A stretch of DNA of 51,245 nt from NCBI GenBank assembly GCA_050012475.1, contig JBEKHC010000029.1:1-51245 (forward strand), read 5' to 3'. A model generated the notes under the pieces. It searched no databases. It saw nothing but the letters and a program-made list of their open reading frames with translations, and was not told the DNA's origin. Origin of the DNA: Candidatus Velthaea sp. (GTDB lineage: Bacteria > Vulcanimicrobiota > Vulcanimicrobiia > Vulcanimicrobiales > Vulcanimicrobiaceae). The position numbers and the translations under genes were made by a program. Position 1 is the first letter of the stretch, and each line of letters opens with the position of its first letter. This document shows positions 22,184 through 33,048 of this stretch, in pieces.

Positions 22184-23380
22184 TCAGCTAAAGGCTTGCA
22201 ATCCGGTTTGGGCGCGGCCGAGGATCAAGCCGTGGATGTCGTGGGTGCCTTCGTACGTGTTGACGGCTTCAAGGTTCATCACGTGACGGATGACGTGATA
22301 CTCGTCGGAGATGCCGTTGCCGCCGTGCATGTCGCGCGCGACCCGGGCAATCGCCAGCGCCTTGCCGCAGGAATTGCGTTTGAGCAGTGAGATCATCTCG
22401 GCGGTCGCCTTTCCTTCGCCCAGTAAGCGGCCCAGCCGCAACACGGCTTGCAGCCCGAGCGCGATTTCGGTTTGCATGTCGGCGAGCTTGATCTGCACGA
22501 GCTGCGTCGCCGCCAGCGGCCGGCCGAACTGCCGGCGTTCGAGAGTGTACGAGCGCGCCGCGTGCCAGCAGAACTCCGCTGCGCCCAGCGCCCCCCAAGC
22601 GATGCCGTAACGCGCTTTGTTCAAGCAGCCGAACGGACCGGCGAGGCCCCGCGCACCGGGCAGCAGACCGTCGTCGGCGACGAACACGTCGTCCATGCTG
22701 ATCATCCCGGTGCTCGACGCGCGCAAGCTGAACTTGCCCTCGATTTTCGGCGCCGTCAGACCGGGCATGCCCTGCTCGAGAACGAACCCGCGAATCTGCG
22801 CGTCGTCGTCTTTGGCCCACACGATGAAGACGTCCGCGATCGGCGAGTTCGTGATCCAATTCTTCGCGCCGCTGAGCCGATAGCCGCCGGTAACTTTGTG
22901 CGCGCGCGTCGTCATCGCGCCCGGATCGGAGCCGGCGTCGGGCTCGGTGAGGCCGAAACAGCCGATGATCTCGCCCTTCGCGAGTGCCGGCAGATACCGC
23001 TCGCGCTGTTCGGGCGTTCCGTACGCGTCGATCGGATGCATGACCAGCGACGACTGCACCGAGAGCGCCGAGCGATAACCGGAATCGACGCGCTCGATCT
23101 CGCGCGCGATGAGTCCGTAGGCAACGTCATTGACGCCCGCGCAGCCGTACCCCGAGATTGTCGAACCGAGAAAACCCAGCGCGCCCATCTCGGTGTAGAT
23201 CGCGCGATCGAAGGTCTCGCTGCGATTGGCTTCGAGGATGCGCGGCATCAAACGCGCCGTCGCGTAGTCGCGCGCGGCATCGCGGATGAGCCGTTCTTCG
23301 CCGCTGAGCTGATCGTCGAGGGCGAGCGGATCGTCCCAGCGGAACGCCGGCGCGGGACGGGTTTGCGGTGTCGTCGTCAT
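22184..23380 (-). CDS. gcdH: Glutaryl-CoA dehydrogenase
   Basis: [54 protein letters not shown]. Confidence 0.93.
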   Translation of the reverse strand: MTTTPQTRPAPAFRWDDPLALDDQLSGEERLIRDAARDYATARLMPRILEANRSETFDRAIYTEMGALGFLGSTISGYGCAGVNDVAYGLIAREIERVDSGYRSALSVQSSLVMHPIDAYGTPEQRERYLPALAKGEIIGCFGLTEPDAGSDPGAMTTRAHKVTGGYRLSGAKNWITNSPIADVFIVWAKDDDAQIRGFVLEQGMPGLTAPKIEGKFSLRASSTGMISMDDVFVADDGLLPGARGLAGPFGCLNKARYGIAWGALGAAEFCWHAARSYTLERRQFGRPLAATQLVQIKLADMQTEIALGLQAVLRLGRLLGEGKATAEMISLLKRNSCGKALAIARVARDMHGGNGISDEYHVIRHVMNLEAVNTYEGTHDIHGLILGRAQTGLQAFS

Positions 23381-23383
23381 GGC

Positions 23384-24124
23384 TTAGGCTCCGCTCGCGT
23401 TGCGCATCTCGAACACGACGTTGAACATGTCGGCGCGCAGCCAGGTAGTGGTCACGCCGAAATGGCGCTTGCCCGACAGCAGGTGCGTGGTGAGGTCGAA
23501 GACCAGCGGCCGGTCGTGCGAGTCGAAGCGCTGGGCGAGGTCGGGCGGTGCGACGGTCAACTGGCAGCGCAGCAGCCCGCGTTTGGGCTTGAGGTTGCAG
23601 CGCCGCAGGGCCGCGTTGAGCGTCCCGGCGGTGCCCAAGCGCTGCTCGAAATCCGGAACGAAGGCCGGATTGAGCCAGGAGGCGGAATACGCGGCGAGTT
23701 CGTCGTCGATGAACCGCCGCCGCCCCAGATACAGCGCCGCCGTCTTCTTGGGAAGTTTGAGCGTGTGGCGAATCTCGGCCGGCGGCTGGCGCAAGCGCAA
23801 GACCTCGACCTCCGTGCGCGGCACCGCCCCGGACTTGGCGACGGTCTTCGTCCAGCCGGGAACGCCTTTGTCGTCGAGGCGGTATTCGATGCGCCGCGCA
23901 ACGACCGTGCGCCGGCCCTGCTGGCGACGGACGAGATAACGGCGCGCAAGTTCTTCGAGCGCGGCGCGTGCCGTGAGCCGGTTGATCTCGTGATCGCGCG
24001 CCAGCTCGTGTTCGGAGGGCATCGGCTCGCCCGCCGCAAGGGTCGCGATTTGCTCTTCGAGCTGATCGGCGACTTGCAGATAGAACGGCACCTCGCTCGT
24101 CATCTGCCGGTTTTCCAGCGCCAA
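23384..24124 (-). CDS. GntR (HutC/PhnF subfamily) regulator with UTRA domain
   Basis: YLQVAD..MPSEHELA..INRLTARAAL; GGAGG 9 nt before the TTG start. Confidence 0.9.
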   Translation of the reverse strand: MALENRQMTSEVPFYLQVADQLEEQIATLAAGEPMPSEHELARDHEINRLTARAALEELARRYLVRRQQGRRTVVARRIEYRLDDKGVPGWTKTVAKSGAVPRTEVEVLRLRQPPAEIRHTLKLPKKTAALYLGRRRFIDDELAAYSASWLNPAFVPDFEQRLGTAGTLNAALRRCNLKPKRGLLRCQLTVAPPDLAQRFDSHDRPLVFDLTTHLLSGKRHFGVTTTWLRADMFNVVFEMRNASGA

Positions 24125-24220
24125 ATCGCCCTACCTCCAGGCTCCCACCGAACCGTCAAAAATAGCCCCAAAAAAGGCCGGGCAAAATAGCGCTCAGCGC
24201 CCAACCGTGGAAGAAAAACC

Positions 24221-24300
24221 GAAGGGGCTGCTTTCGTCGCCGCGCGGGCCGGCGAAGTTTGCGCGAGCAAATGAGCCGGCCCGCAACGACGAGCCGGCCA
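24221..24300 (+). repeat. Structured element copy A (outer arms degenerate)
   Basis: gcgggccggc-GAAG-tttgc(gcga)gcaaa-TGA-gccggcccgc-AACGA. Confidence 0.8.
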
Positions 24301-24317
24301 CAAACTCGGAAGGAAGA

Positions 24318-24423
24318 CGTAGAGGGTCTGCTTTTCGTCGGATCGAGGCGAGCGGTGGCGAAGTTTGCTTTAGCAAATGAGCCGCCGCTCAACGAAGAGC
24401 CGGCGGAAAGCAGGCCCTCTACG
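24318..24423 (+). repeat. Structured element copy B with 24-bp imperfect terminal inverted repeats (GTAG...CTAC), overlapping the rpsJ stop
   Basis: cgtagagggtctgcttttcgtcgg / ccggcggaaagcaggccctctacg; core gagcggtggc-GAAG-tttgc(ttta)gcaaa-TGA-gccgccgctc-AACGAAG. Confidence 0.85.
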
Positions 24424-24727
24424 CTTTGAGTTCGATGTCGACGCCGGCGGGCAAGTCCAAGTGCATGAGCGCGTCCATCGTCTTCGGCGAGGCCTGGAGG
24501 ATGTCGATGAGGCGTTTGTGGGTGCGCATCTCGAAATGTTCGCGGCTCTTTTTGTCGACATGCGGCGAGCGCAGCACGCAGACGCGGTTGATTTCGGTGG
24601 GAAGCGGAACCGGGCCGCTGACGAACGCGCCGGTGCGCTTGGCGGTGTCGACGATGCGCTCGGCGGACTGATCGAGCACGCGATGATCGTATGCTTTCAG
24701 GCGGATCCGAATCTTCTGCTTGGCCAT
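24419..24727 (-). CDS. rpsJ: 30S ribosomal protein S10
   Basis: [32 protein letters not shown]. Confidence 0.99.
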   Translation of the reverse strand: MAKQKIRIRLKAYDHRVLDQSAERIVDTAKRTGAFVSGPVPLPTEINRVCVLRSPHVDKKSREHFEMRTHKRLIDILQASPKTMDALMHLDLPAGVDIELKA

Positions 24728-24783
24728 GATGAGAACTATCCTATCTCTTGCAACGCGGTGAGTCTGAAAGCATACGGGCGCGA

Positions 24784-24813
24784 ATCGGCCGAACGTTCAG
24801 ACGTTCAGCCGAT
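24784..24813 (-). other. 13-bp RNA hairpin just after the tuf stop (stabiliser or partial terminator)
   Basis: Minus strand atcggctgaacgt-ctga-acgttcggccgat; one G-U pair, no U tract. Confidence 0.6.
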
Positions 24814-24822
24814 GATTCGGTC

Positions 24823-26025
<1,203 letters not shown>

Positions 26026-26124
26026 GATTGTTGTTCGTTTACTTCCTTACATTCACCGATTGGTACGATTGGTTCGGTGCCGTGCTGATCACCGCACCAA
26101 GGTGACTAGGTTCTGGTTATTTGC

Positions 26125-28230
26125 TTAGGCCGCCGGCTTCTTGCCGGAGGCCTTCGCGATGATTTCTTCTTCAACCGACTTCGGAGCTTTCTCGTAGTGC
26201 GAGAACTCCATCGTGTAGGTTGCGCGACCTTGCGTCTTCGAGCGCATATCCGTTGCGTAGCCGAACATTTCGGAAAGCGGCACGTTGGCCTTGATCACCT
26301 GCGCTTGACCCGGAGCATCTTCGGTGCCCTGGATCATCCCGCGCCGGCTGTTGAGGTCGCCGATGATTTCACCGATGTAATCCTTCGGTGTCGTCACTTC
26401 GACGGCCATGATCGGTTCTTTGATGATCGGTCCGGCCGAACGGTTCGCTTCTTTGAATGCCATCGATCCGGCAATCTTGAACGCCATTTCGGACGAGTCG
26501 ACGTCATGATAACTTCCGTCGAGCAGTGTCGCCTTGAAGTCCAGGACGGGATAGCCGGCGAGCACGCCGCTTTGCGACGCCTCGCGAATGCCTTCGCCGA
26601 CCGGCTTGACGAACTCTTTGGGAATCGCGCCGCCGACGATCTTCGACTCGAACACGTATCCCGTGCCCGGTTCACCGGGCTCGAGCCGAATGACGACGTC
26701 GCCGTATTGACCCTTACCGCCCGACTGCCGCACGAATTTGCCTTGTTTTTCAACGCTTTTCGTGATCGCTTCTTTGTAAGCAACCTGCGGCTTACCGACG
26801 TTGGCCTCGACTTTGAACTCGCGTTTTAGGCGATCCAAAATAATCTCGAGATGCAGCTCGCCCATACCGGCGATAATCGTCTGCTGCGTTTCCTCATCGG
26901 TGCGCATGCGGAACGTCGGATCTTCTTGCGCCAGACGCGACAGCGCCGTGCCCAATTTATCCTGATCGCCTTTGGTCTTGGGCTCGATCGCCTGCGAGAT
27001 CACCGGCTCGGGAAACACGATGTTCTCGAGGATAATAACGTGCTTCTCGTCGCACAGCGTGTCGCCGGTGCGCGTGTCGCCCAAGCCGACCGCCGCCGCA
27101 ATGTCGCCGGCGCCGATCGCGTCGATGTCTTCGCGATGGTTGGCGTGCATGCGCAGGATGCGCCCGATGCGCTCCTTGCGTCCGCTGCGCGCATTGTAGA
27201 CGTACGAGCCCTTTTCGAGCACGCCCGAATAGACCCGGAAATACGTGAGGTTGCCGTACGGATCGGTTGCGATCTTGAACGCCAACGCCGCGAACGGCTC
27301 TTTGTCGTCCGGCAGGCGCGTGATCTTCTTGGTCTCGTCTTTGGGATCGGTGCCGACGATCGCTTTGGCATCGAGCGGCGAGGGCAAAAAGTCGACGACG
27401 GCGTCGAGCAGCGGCTGAACGCCTTTGTTCTTGAAAGCCGAGCCGCAGAGCATCGGCAGCACGTCGCCGGCAATCGTGGCTTTGCGCAGCGCCGCTTTGA
27501 GCCGCGCGACCGGAATCTCTTTGCCGTCAAAAAACAGCTCCAGCAGTTCATCGTCCTGTTCGGCGATGGCCTCGATGAGTTCCTGACGCCACTTGGCCGC
27601 GACGACCTTCAAGTCGCCTTCCACGTCGTGATCCGTGGCCATGACCGACCCGAGATCGTCGGTGTAGACGATCTGCTTCATCGTGAAGAGATCGACCACG
27701 CCCAGGAAGTCGGCCTCCGCGCCGATCGGCACTTGGATGGGGACGGCCTTGGCGCCCAAGCGCTCCCGGATCTTGGTGACGCAATTGAAAAAGTCGGCCC
27801 CCATGCGGTCCATCTTGTTGACGAAGATGATCCGCGGGACTTTGTATTTGTTCGCTTGGCGCCAGACGGTTTCGGACTGGGGCTGCACGGCAGCGACGGA
27901 ATCGAAGAGCGCCACGAGCCCGTCGAGCACCCGCAGCGAGCGCTCGACCTCGACCGTGAAGTCCACGTGGCCAGGCGTATCAATAATGTTGATCCGCGTG
28001 TCCCGCCAGGTGCAGGCCGTGGCCGCGGACGTGATCGTGATGCCGCGCTCCTGCTCTTGCACCATCCAGTCCATGGTCGCCGCGCCGTCGTGAACTTCGC
28101 CGATCTTGTGCGTGCGACCGGTGTAGAACAGGATGCGCTCGGTGGCCGTCGTCTTGCCGGCGTCGATATGCGCGGCAATGCCGATATTCCGGGTGTGTTC
28201 GAGGGGGAATTCGCGTACGGAGGTTGCCAT
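26125..28230 (-). CDS. fusA: Elongation factor G
   Basis: [32 protein letters not shown]. Confidence 0.99.
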   Translation of the reverse strand: MATSVREFPLEHTRNIGIAAHIDAGKTTATERILFYTGRTHKIGEVHDGAATMDWMVQEQERGITITSAATACTWRDTRINIIDTPGHVDFTVEVERSLRVLDGLVALFDSVAAVQPQSETVWRQANKYKVPRIIFVNKMDRMGADFFNCVTKIRERLGAKAVPIQVPIGAEADFLGVVDLFTMKQIVYTDDLGSVMATDHDVEGDLKVVAAKWRQELIEAIAEQDDELLELFFDGKEIPVARLKAALRKATIAGDVLPMLCGSAFKNKGVQPLLDAVVDFLPSPLDAKAIVGTDPKDETKKITRLPDDKEPFAALAFKIATDPYGNLTYFRVYSGVLEKGSYVYNARSGRKERIGRILRMHANHREDIDAIGAGDIAAAVGLGDTRTGDTLCDEKHVIILENIVFPEPVISQAIEPKTKGDQDKLGTALSRLAQEDPTFRMRTDEETQQTIIAGMGELHLEIILDRLKREFKVEANVGKPQVAYKEAITKSVEKQGKFVRQSGGKGQYGDVVIRLEPGEPGTGYVFESKIVGGAIPKEFVKPVGEGIREASQSGVLAGYPVLDFKATLLDGSYHDVDSSEMAFKIAGSMAFKEANRSAGPIIKEPIMAVEVTTPKDYIGEIIGDLNSRRGMIQGTEDAPGQAQVIKANVPLSEMFGYATDMRSKTQGRATYTMEFSHYEKAPKSVEEEIIAKASGKKPAA

Positions 28231-28236
28231 GAAAAG

Positions 28237-28707
28237 TTACCAGCGGTAATGGGCGAACGCTTTGTTTGCCTCAGCCATCTTGTGCGTGTCTTCGCGCTTC
28301 TTGATCGACATGCCGAGGTTGTTGGCGGCATCCATGAGCTCGGCGGCCAGCTTCTCTTCCATCGACCGGCCGGGACGCTTGCGGGCAAAGCCGATCAGCC
28401 AGCGCATCGCCATCGCTTGCCGGCGGTCGGGCCGCACTTCCATCGGGACCTGGTAGGTGGCGCCGCCGACGCGGCGCGGCCGGACCTCGACGAGGGGCAT
28501 GGCGTTGCCAAGCGCCTGCGTGAAGATGTCCATGGGATCGCGCCCCATCTTTTGCTCGACGAGCGCTAGGGCATCGTAGGTGATCTTCTCGGCGGTCGAT
28601 TTCTTGCCGGCCAGCATCACCTTATTGATGAAGCGCGCGAGCACTTTGGAGTTAAACTTCGGATCGGGCAGAATCGGACGCTTCGCGACCGGACCTTTAC
28701 GCGGCAT
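28237..28707 (-). CDS. rpsG: 30S ribosomal protein S7
   Basis: [24 protein letters not shown]. Confidence 0.99.
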   Translation of the reverse strand: MPRKGPVAKRPILPDPKFNSKVLARFINKVMLAGKKSTAEKITYDALALVEQKMGRDPMDIFTQALGNAMPLVEVRPRRVGGATYQVPMEVRPDRRQAMAMRWLIGFARKRPGRSMEEKLAAELMDAANNLGMSIKKREDTHKMAEANKAFAHYRW

Positions 28708-28723
28708 ATATTTTTCCTAAACC

Positions 28724-29164
28724 TTATTTCTTCGCACTGCGCTTAGCGCCGTATTTCGAGCGGCCTTGCTTGCGGTTCGCGGCGCCGGAGGTGTCGAGCG
28801 TTCCCCGGATGATATGATAGCGTACGCCCGGGAGATCTTTCACGCGACCGCCGCGGATGAGGACAACGGAATGCTCCTGCAGATTGTGGCCGATACCGGG
28901 GATGTACGCCGTGACCTCCTCACCATTGGTGAGGCGAACGCGCGCGACTTTCCGCAACGCCGAATTCGGCTTCTTGGGAGTAATCGTTTTGACTTGCGTG
29001 CACACGCCGCGCCGCTGGGGGTTGCCGGCGACCTCGAACGAACGCAGCGGGAGGTCGGGATGACCCGGCTTCGGCCCCGTCTGAACGACGCGGAACGCCG
29101 GCGTCTTGACCTTTTTTTGCTGCTTTTCGCGGCCCTTACGAACCAATTGGCTGATCGTTGGCAC
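28724..29164 (-). CDS. rpsL: 30S ribosomal protein S12 with a long N-terminal-region insertion
   Basis: GTG start, [30 protein letters not shown]. Confidence 0.98.
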   Translation of the reverse strand: MPTISQLVRKGREKQQKKVKTPAFRVVQTGPKPGHPDLPLRSFEVAGNPQRRGVCTQVKTITPKKPNSALRKVARVRLTNGEEVTAYIPGIGHNLQEHSVVLIRGGRVKDLPGVRYHIIRGTLDTSGAANRKQGRSKYGAKRSAKK

Positions 29165-29222
29165 TTTCGTCCCCTTGACGCACACAAAGATGGCCTCACC
29201 GTCGGTGGGCCGGAACCCCCGG

Positions 29223-29251
29223 ATTATAGCAAGGCCGACCTTCCGCGTCAA
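29223..29251 (-). promoter_or_regulatory. sigma70 promoter of the str operon
   Basis: TTGACG (29251-29246), 17 nt spacer, TATAAT (29228-29223), with TGC extended -10. Confidence 0.9.
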
Positions 29252-29379
29252 CGCGAACCCGTTCGACGACGTCCCATTTTGCCGAGAACGAGCAGCGGGA
29301 CGGGGGCTACGTCAACAAGTACTCAGAAACGGGACCTTCGGTCCTCAGTTTTTCCGAACTGTGCGGGTAACCACACCTT

Positions 29380-30180
29380 ATGAGCTCGACGTCAAAGCTA
29401 TCCATCGTCGTGCCCTTCTTCAATGAAGGCGACATGGTCGAATCTACCGTCTCCGCGCTGTATCGGGAGGACGCGGAGTTGATCTTCGTCGACGACGGCA
29501 GCACCGACGAAACGAGCGCGCGCTTGTTCGATGCAGCAGGCCGCTATCCCAACGTCAAGGTCTTGGTGCACGAACACAATCAGGGTGCCAGCGCCGCGCT
29601 GCTCACCGGCCTCTACGCGGCCACGGGCGACGCGATCATCGTGCTCGACGCCGACTTGAGCTACGGACCCGAGCACGTCGACGTGCTGGCCGACGCGCTG
29701 CGGACCCAGTACGCGGCGATCGCGGTGGCGTCGCCCTACCATCTGGACGGGACCGTCTACAACGTTCCGCCGACGCGCCTGGCGCTCAGCGTGGCGGCCA
29801 ACAAGTTTTTCCGCGGCATCACGCGGTCGCACGTGGCTACCTACACCGGGATGGTCCGGGCTTACAGCCGCAACTTTCTCGCGCGGGTCGATCCCCGCGC
29901 GCTCACCGGCGAGATCAACTGCGCGTTGATCCTGGCCGCGCTTTCGCGCGGCGAACGCGTCGTCGAAGTCCCCGCCCGGCTCGCTTGGCCGGAAATCCGC
30001 CGAGCTGAATCGCGGCTGTCGGCCCGGTCGTTAGCGCGCCGGACGGGCGCCGTGCTTGCTTCCCTACGCCACGTACCACTTCCGAAAGTCCCATTTTCCC
30101 CGACCCCGATGCTTCCTATGAGCACTTCGACCCCGGGGTATGCTTCGAGTACCACCCGCCAGAAGGATTGGAACGGATGA
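29380..30180 (+). CDS. GT2 glycosyltransferase, DPM1/ArnC-like (polyprenyl-phosphate acceptor type)
   Basis: SIVVPFFNE, VDDGSTD, LDADLSY, RVVEVP. Confidence 0.88.
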   Translation: MSSTSKLSIVVPFFNEGDMVESTVSALYREDAELIFVDDGSTDETSARLFDAAGRYPNVKVLVHEHNQGASAALLTGLYAATGDAIIVLDADLSYGPEHVDVLADALRTQYAAIAVASPYHLDGTVYNVPPTRLALSVAANKFFRGITRSHVATYTGMVRAYSRNFLARVDPRALTGEINCALILAALSRGERVVEVPARLAWPEIRRAESRLSARSLARRTGAVLASLRHVPLPKVPFSPTPMLPMSTSTPGYASSTTRQKDWNG

Positions 30181-31400
30181 TTCAGCCATTGCCGGAAATT
30201 TTCGCGCTTCCCTCAGATCAGGACGCGACCGGCCGTACATTCGATCAAGTTGAACTTGATTATTTGCGCCAGGCGCTCGATAGTGGCGTCCTGACATCGA
30301 CCAAGGGTTACTTCACCAAGACGTTCGAGAAGGAATTCGCCGAGCTCTTCGGTGTCAAACACGCCCGCGCTTGCGCCTCGGGCAGCGCCGCCATCCACAT
30401 CGCCATCGCCGCGATCGATCCCGAGCCCGGCGACGAGATCATCACGACCTCGATCACCGACATGGGCGCGCTCACTCCCATCATTTATCAGGGCGCGATC
30501 CCCGTCTTCGCCGACGTCGACCCGGTTTCGCTCAACGTCACCGGCGCAACGATCGCCGCCAAGATCTCGCCCAAGACCAAAGCCATCATCGTCACCCATT
30601 TGTTCGGCAATCCTGCGCCGATGGGCGAAATCATGGAAGTCGCCAACAAGGCCGGCATCCCGGTCATCGAGGACACCGCCCAGGCGATGCTCGCGACGTA
30701 CGACGGCAAGACCGCCGGCACGATCGGTGCGATCGGCTGCTTCAGCCTGCAGCAAGGCAAGCACATCACGACCGGTGAGGGCGGCGTCGTCGTCACCAAC
30801 GATCCCGCGCTCGACCGCAAGATGTATCTCTACATCAATAAGGGCTGGGGCTACGGCGATCCCAAACCCGACCACTACTTCCTCGCGCTCAACTACCGCG
30901 TGAGCGAGCTGCAGGGTGCCGTTGCGCTCGCGCAGCTGCAGAAACTTCCGTCGGTCGTGCGCCGGCGCCAGAATCTGGCCGCGCAGTTCGACAAGATGAT
31001 CGCCGACATTCCCGGCATCTCGGCGCCCAAAGTCGCCGCCAATGCCGAGTGCGCGTATTGGAAATACACGCTGCACATCGACTCGAACGTGATCAAGGGC
31101 GGCCCGGTCGCACTGGGACAAAAGCTCGGCCTCCACAAGATCATGACCGCGCCGCGCTACATCGTCAAACCGGCCTTCGCTTGCGAAGTGATCCGCGACC
31201 ACAAGACGTTCGGCACGAGCCAGTGGCCCTTCACCCTCGCGCGGCCCGAAGCCGTCGACTACTCGCTGGACAAATTCCCCGGCACCGTCGATGGACTCGC
31301 GAACTGCCTAGTGCTGCCCTGGAACGATCGTTACGACGACGGCCACCTCGCTCACATCGAGCGGTGCCTGCGTCAGGCGGTCAAGGAGCTGATGGCATGA
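30177..31400 (+). CDS. DegT/DnrJ/EryC1/StrS sugar aminotransferase
   Basis: IEDTAQA, FSLQQGKHITTGEGG (PLP lysine); ATGA overlap. Confidence 0.94.
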   Translation: MIQPLPEIFALPSDQDATGRTFDQVELDYLRQALDSGVLTSTKGYFTKTFEKEFAELFGVKHARACASGSAAIHIAIAAIDPEPGDEIITTSITDMGALTPIIYQGAIPVFADVDPVSLNVTGATIAAKISPKTKAIIVTHLFGNPAPMGEIMEVANKAGIPVIEDTAQAMLATYDGKTAGTIGAIGCFSLQQGKHITTGEGGVVVTNDPALDRKMYLYINKGWGYGDPKPDHYFLALNYRVSELQGAVALAQLQKLPSVVRRRQNLAAQFDKMIADIPGISAPKVAANAECAYWKYTLHIDSNVIKGGPVALGQKLGLHKIMTAPRYIVKPAFACEVIRDHKTFGTSQWPFTLARPEAVDYSLDKFPGTVDGLANCLVLPWNDRYDDGHLAHIERCLRQAVKELMA

Positions 31401-32410
31401 TTCGGGTCGCCATCGTCGGCGCGGGCGCGATCGCAAACGCCCACGCCGACGCTCTCGCGGCTTCGCCGCATTTCAATCTGGTCGCCGTCGTCGACGTCGA
31501 TGCCGCGCGCGCAACCGCGCTGGCTGCAAAGTTCGGCGCCCGCTCGGCCACGAGTCTCGACGCATTGACCGACGGTTCGGTCGATGCCGCAATCGTGAGC
31601 ACGCCGCCCAACACGCATCGCGCGGTCGCGACCGCCCTGCTCGAGGCCGGCGTTCACGTCCTGTGCGAAAAGCCGTTTGCGATCGGCCGCGAAAACGCGC
31701 GGGCGATGGCCGACGCGGCCAAACGCTGCGGCAAAGTGCTGACCATGGCGACGAAGTTCCGCTTCGTCAACGACCTCACGATCGCGCGCGACGCGATCGC
31801 GGCCGGCAAGATCGGCACGCTCTATCGGGTGCAGAACACCTTTGCCTCGCCGGTCGACATGACCGGACGCTGGAACCTCAATCCCGAGAACAGCGGCGGC
31901 GGCGTCATCATCGACAACGGCACGCACTCCGTGGACATCATGCGCTACATCATCGGACCGATCGAAAGCGTTCGCGCCGTCGAATCGTCCAGCGCGCGCA
32001 AGTATCCGTCGGTGGAAGACACCGCGCGAATCGAACTCCTCAGCGTCGGCGGCGTCTTCGGCCGCATCGAGCTGTCGTGGAGCGAACAGAGCGCCGGCCC
32101 GTGGTTCATCTCGATCCTGGGCAGCCGCGGCGGCATCGACATCGGTTGGAAGGGTTCGCGCCGCCGGTTCGACGGCGCATCGGAATACACGCCCTTCGGC
32201 GTGGGCTACGACAAGCACGCGGCATTCGCCGGACAAGTCGCTGATTTCGCAGCGGCCATTCGCGGCGAACGTCCGACGACGACGTCGCTCGACGAAGCCG
32301 TGGCTTCCGTCGACGTCATCGACACCGCGTACGCATCGATGAAAGCCGATCGTTGGCTCGCGGTGGGTGGCGTGACGATGAATCCGCCGTCACTGCGGGT
32401 TGTGGGGTGA
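31397..32410 (+). CDS. Gfo/Idh/MocA NAD-dependent oxidoreductase
   Basis: VAIVGAGAIA, HVLCEKP, GGGVIIDNGTHSVD. Confidence 0.93.
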   Translation: MIRVAIVGAGAIANAHADALAASPHFNLVAVVDVDAARATALAAKFGARSATSLDALTDGSVDAAIVSTPPNTHRAVATALLEAGVHVLCEKPFAIGRENARAMADAAKRCGKVLTMATKFRFVNDLTIARDAIAAGKIGTLYRVQNTFASPVDMTGRWNLNPENSGGGVIIDNGTHSVDIMRYIIGPIESVRAVESSSARKYPSVEDTARIELLSVGGVFGRIELSWSEQSAGPWFISILGSRGGIDIGWKGSRRRFDGASEYTPFGVGYDKHAAFAGQVADFAAAIRGERPTTTSLDEAVASVDVIDTAYASMKADRWLAVGGVTMNPPSLRVVG

Positions 32411-33048
32411 CACTCATTCGTTCCGACGAGCGAGTCGATGTCCGCATCCATCCGACAGCGATCGTCGAAGATCGGGTTACGATCGGCGCGGGTACCAGCG
32501 TCTGGGACGGCGTGCACATTCGGCACGGCGCCCAGATCGGCGAGCAATGCATCATCGGCGAAAAAACGTATGTCGCCTATGATGTGAAGATCGCCGATCG
32601 CTGCAAGATCAACGCCAACGTCTACATCTGCGCGGAAGTCGCGATCGAGACCGGCGTGATGATCTCGGCCCACACCGTCTTTACCAACGACCGTTTCCCC
32701 CGGGCTTGCACCCCGGATCTCACCGAACTCTTGCCGTCGGATCCCGATGAAATGACGCTCGCAACGCTCGTGCGCGAAGGCTCGACGATCGGGGCGAACT
32801 GCACCATCGGGAGCGGCATCATCATCGGGCGCTTCGCGATGGTGGGCATGGGGTCCATCGTGACGCGCAGCGTCCCGGATTTCCACCTCGTGATTGGCCA
32901 ACCGGCCCAGACCATCGGATACGTGTGCCGCTGCGGGCAGCTCCTGCACCGGACGCACGGTCTCAAACGCTACACGGGACGCCTGGTGTGTTCCCGCTGC
33001 GAGCGCGCCTACATCGTCGCCGACAACGCGGTTGCGGAAACGGCGTGA
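32407..33048 (+). CDS. Hexapeptide-repeat N-acyltransferase (WbpD/WlbB-like) with C-terminal Cys cluster
   Basis: IHPTAIVE, VFTND, IGANCTI, GYVCRCG...CSRC; GTGA overlap. Confidence 0.9.
   Translation: MTLIRSDERVDVRIHPTAIVEDRVTIGAGTSVWDGVHIRHGAQIGEQCIIGEKTYVAYDVKIADRCKINANVYICAEVAIETGVMISAHTVFTNDRFPRACTPDLTELLPSDPDEMTLATLVREGSTIGANCTIGSGIIIGRFAMVGMGSIVTRSVPDFHLVIGQPAQTIGYVCRCGQLLHRTHGLKRYTGRLVCSRCERAYIVADNAVAETA

Noticed and set aside
21882..22390. Repetitive peptides (MGALGFAR, PSEAEGAH) as RiPP precursors
   Set aside because: Simple translations of the DNA tandem repeats in several frames; no RBS or modifying enzymes
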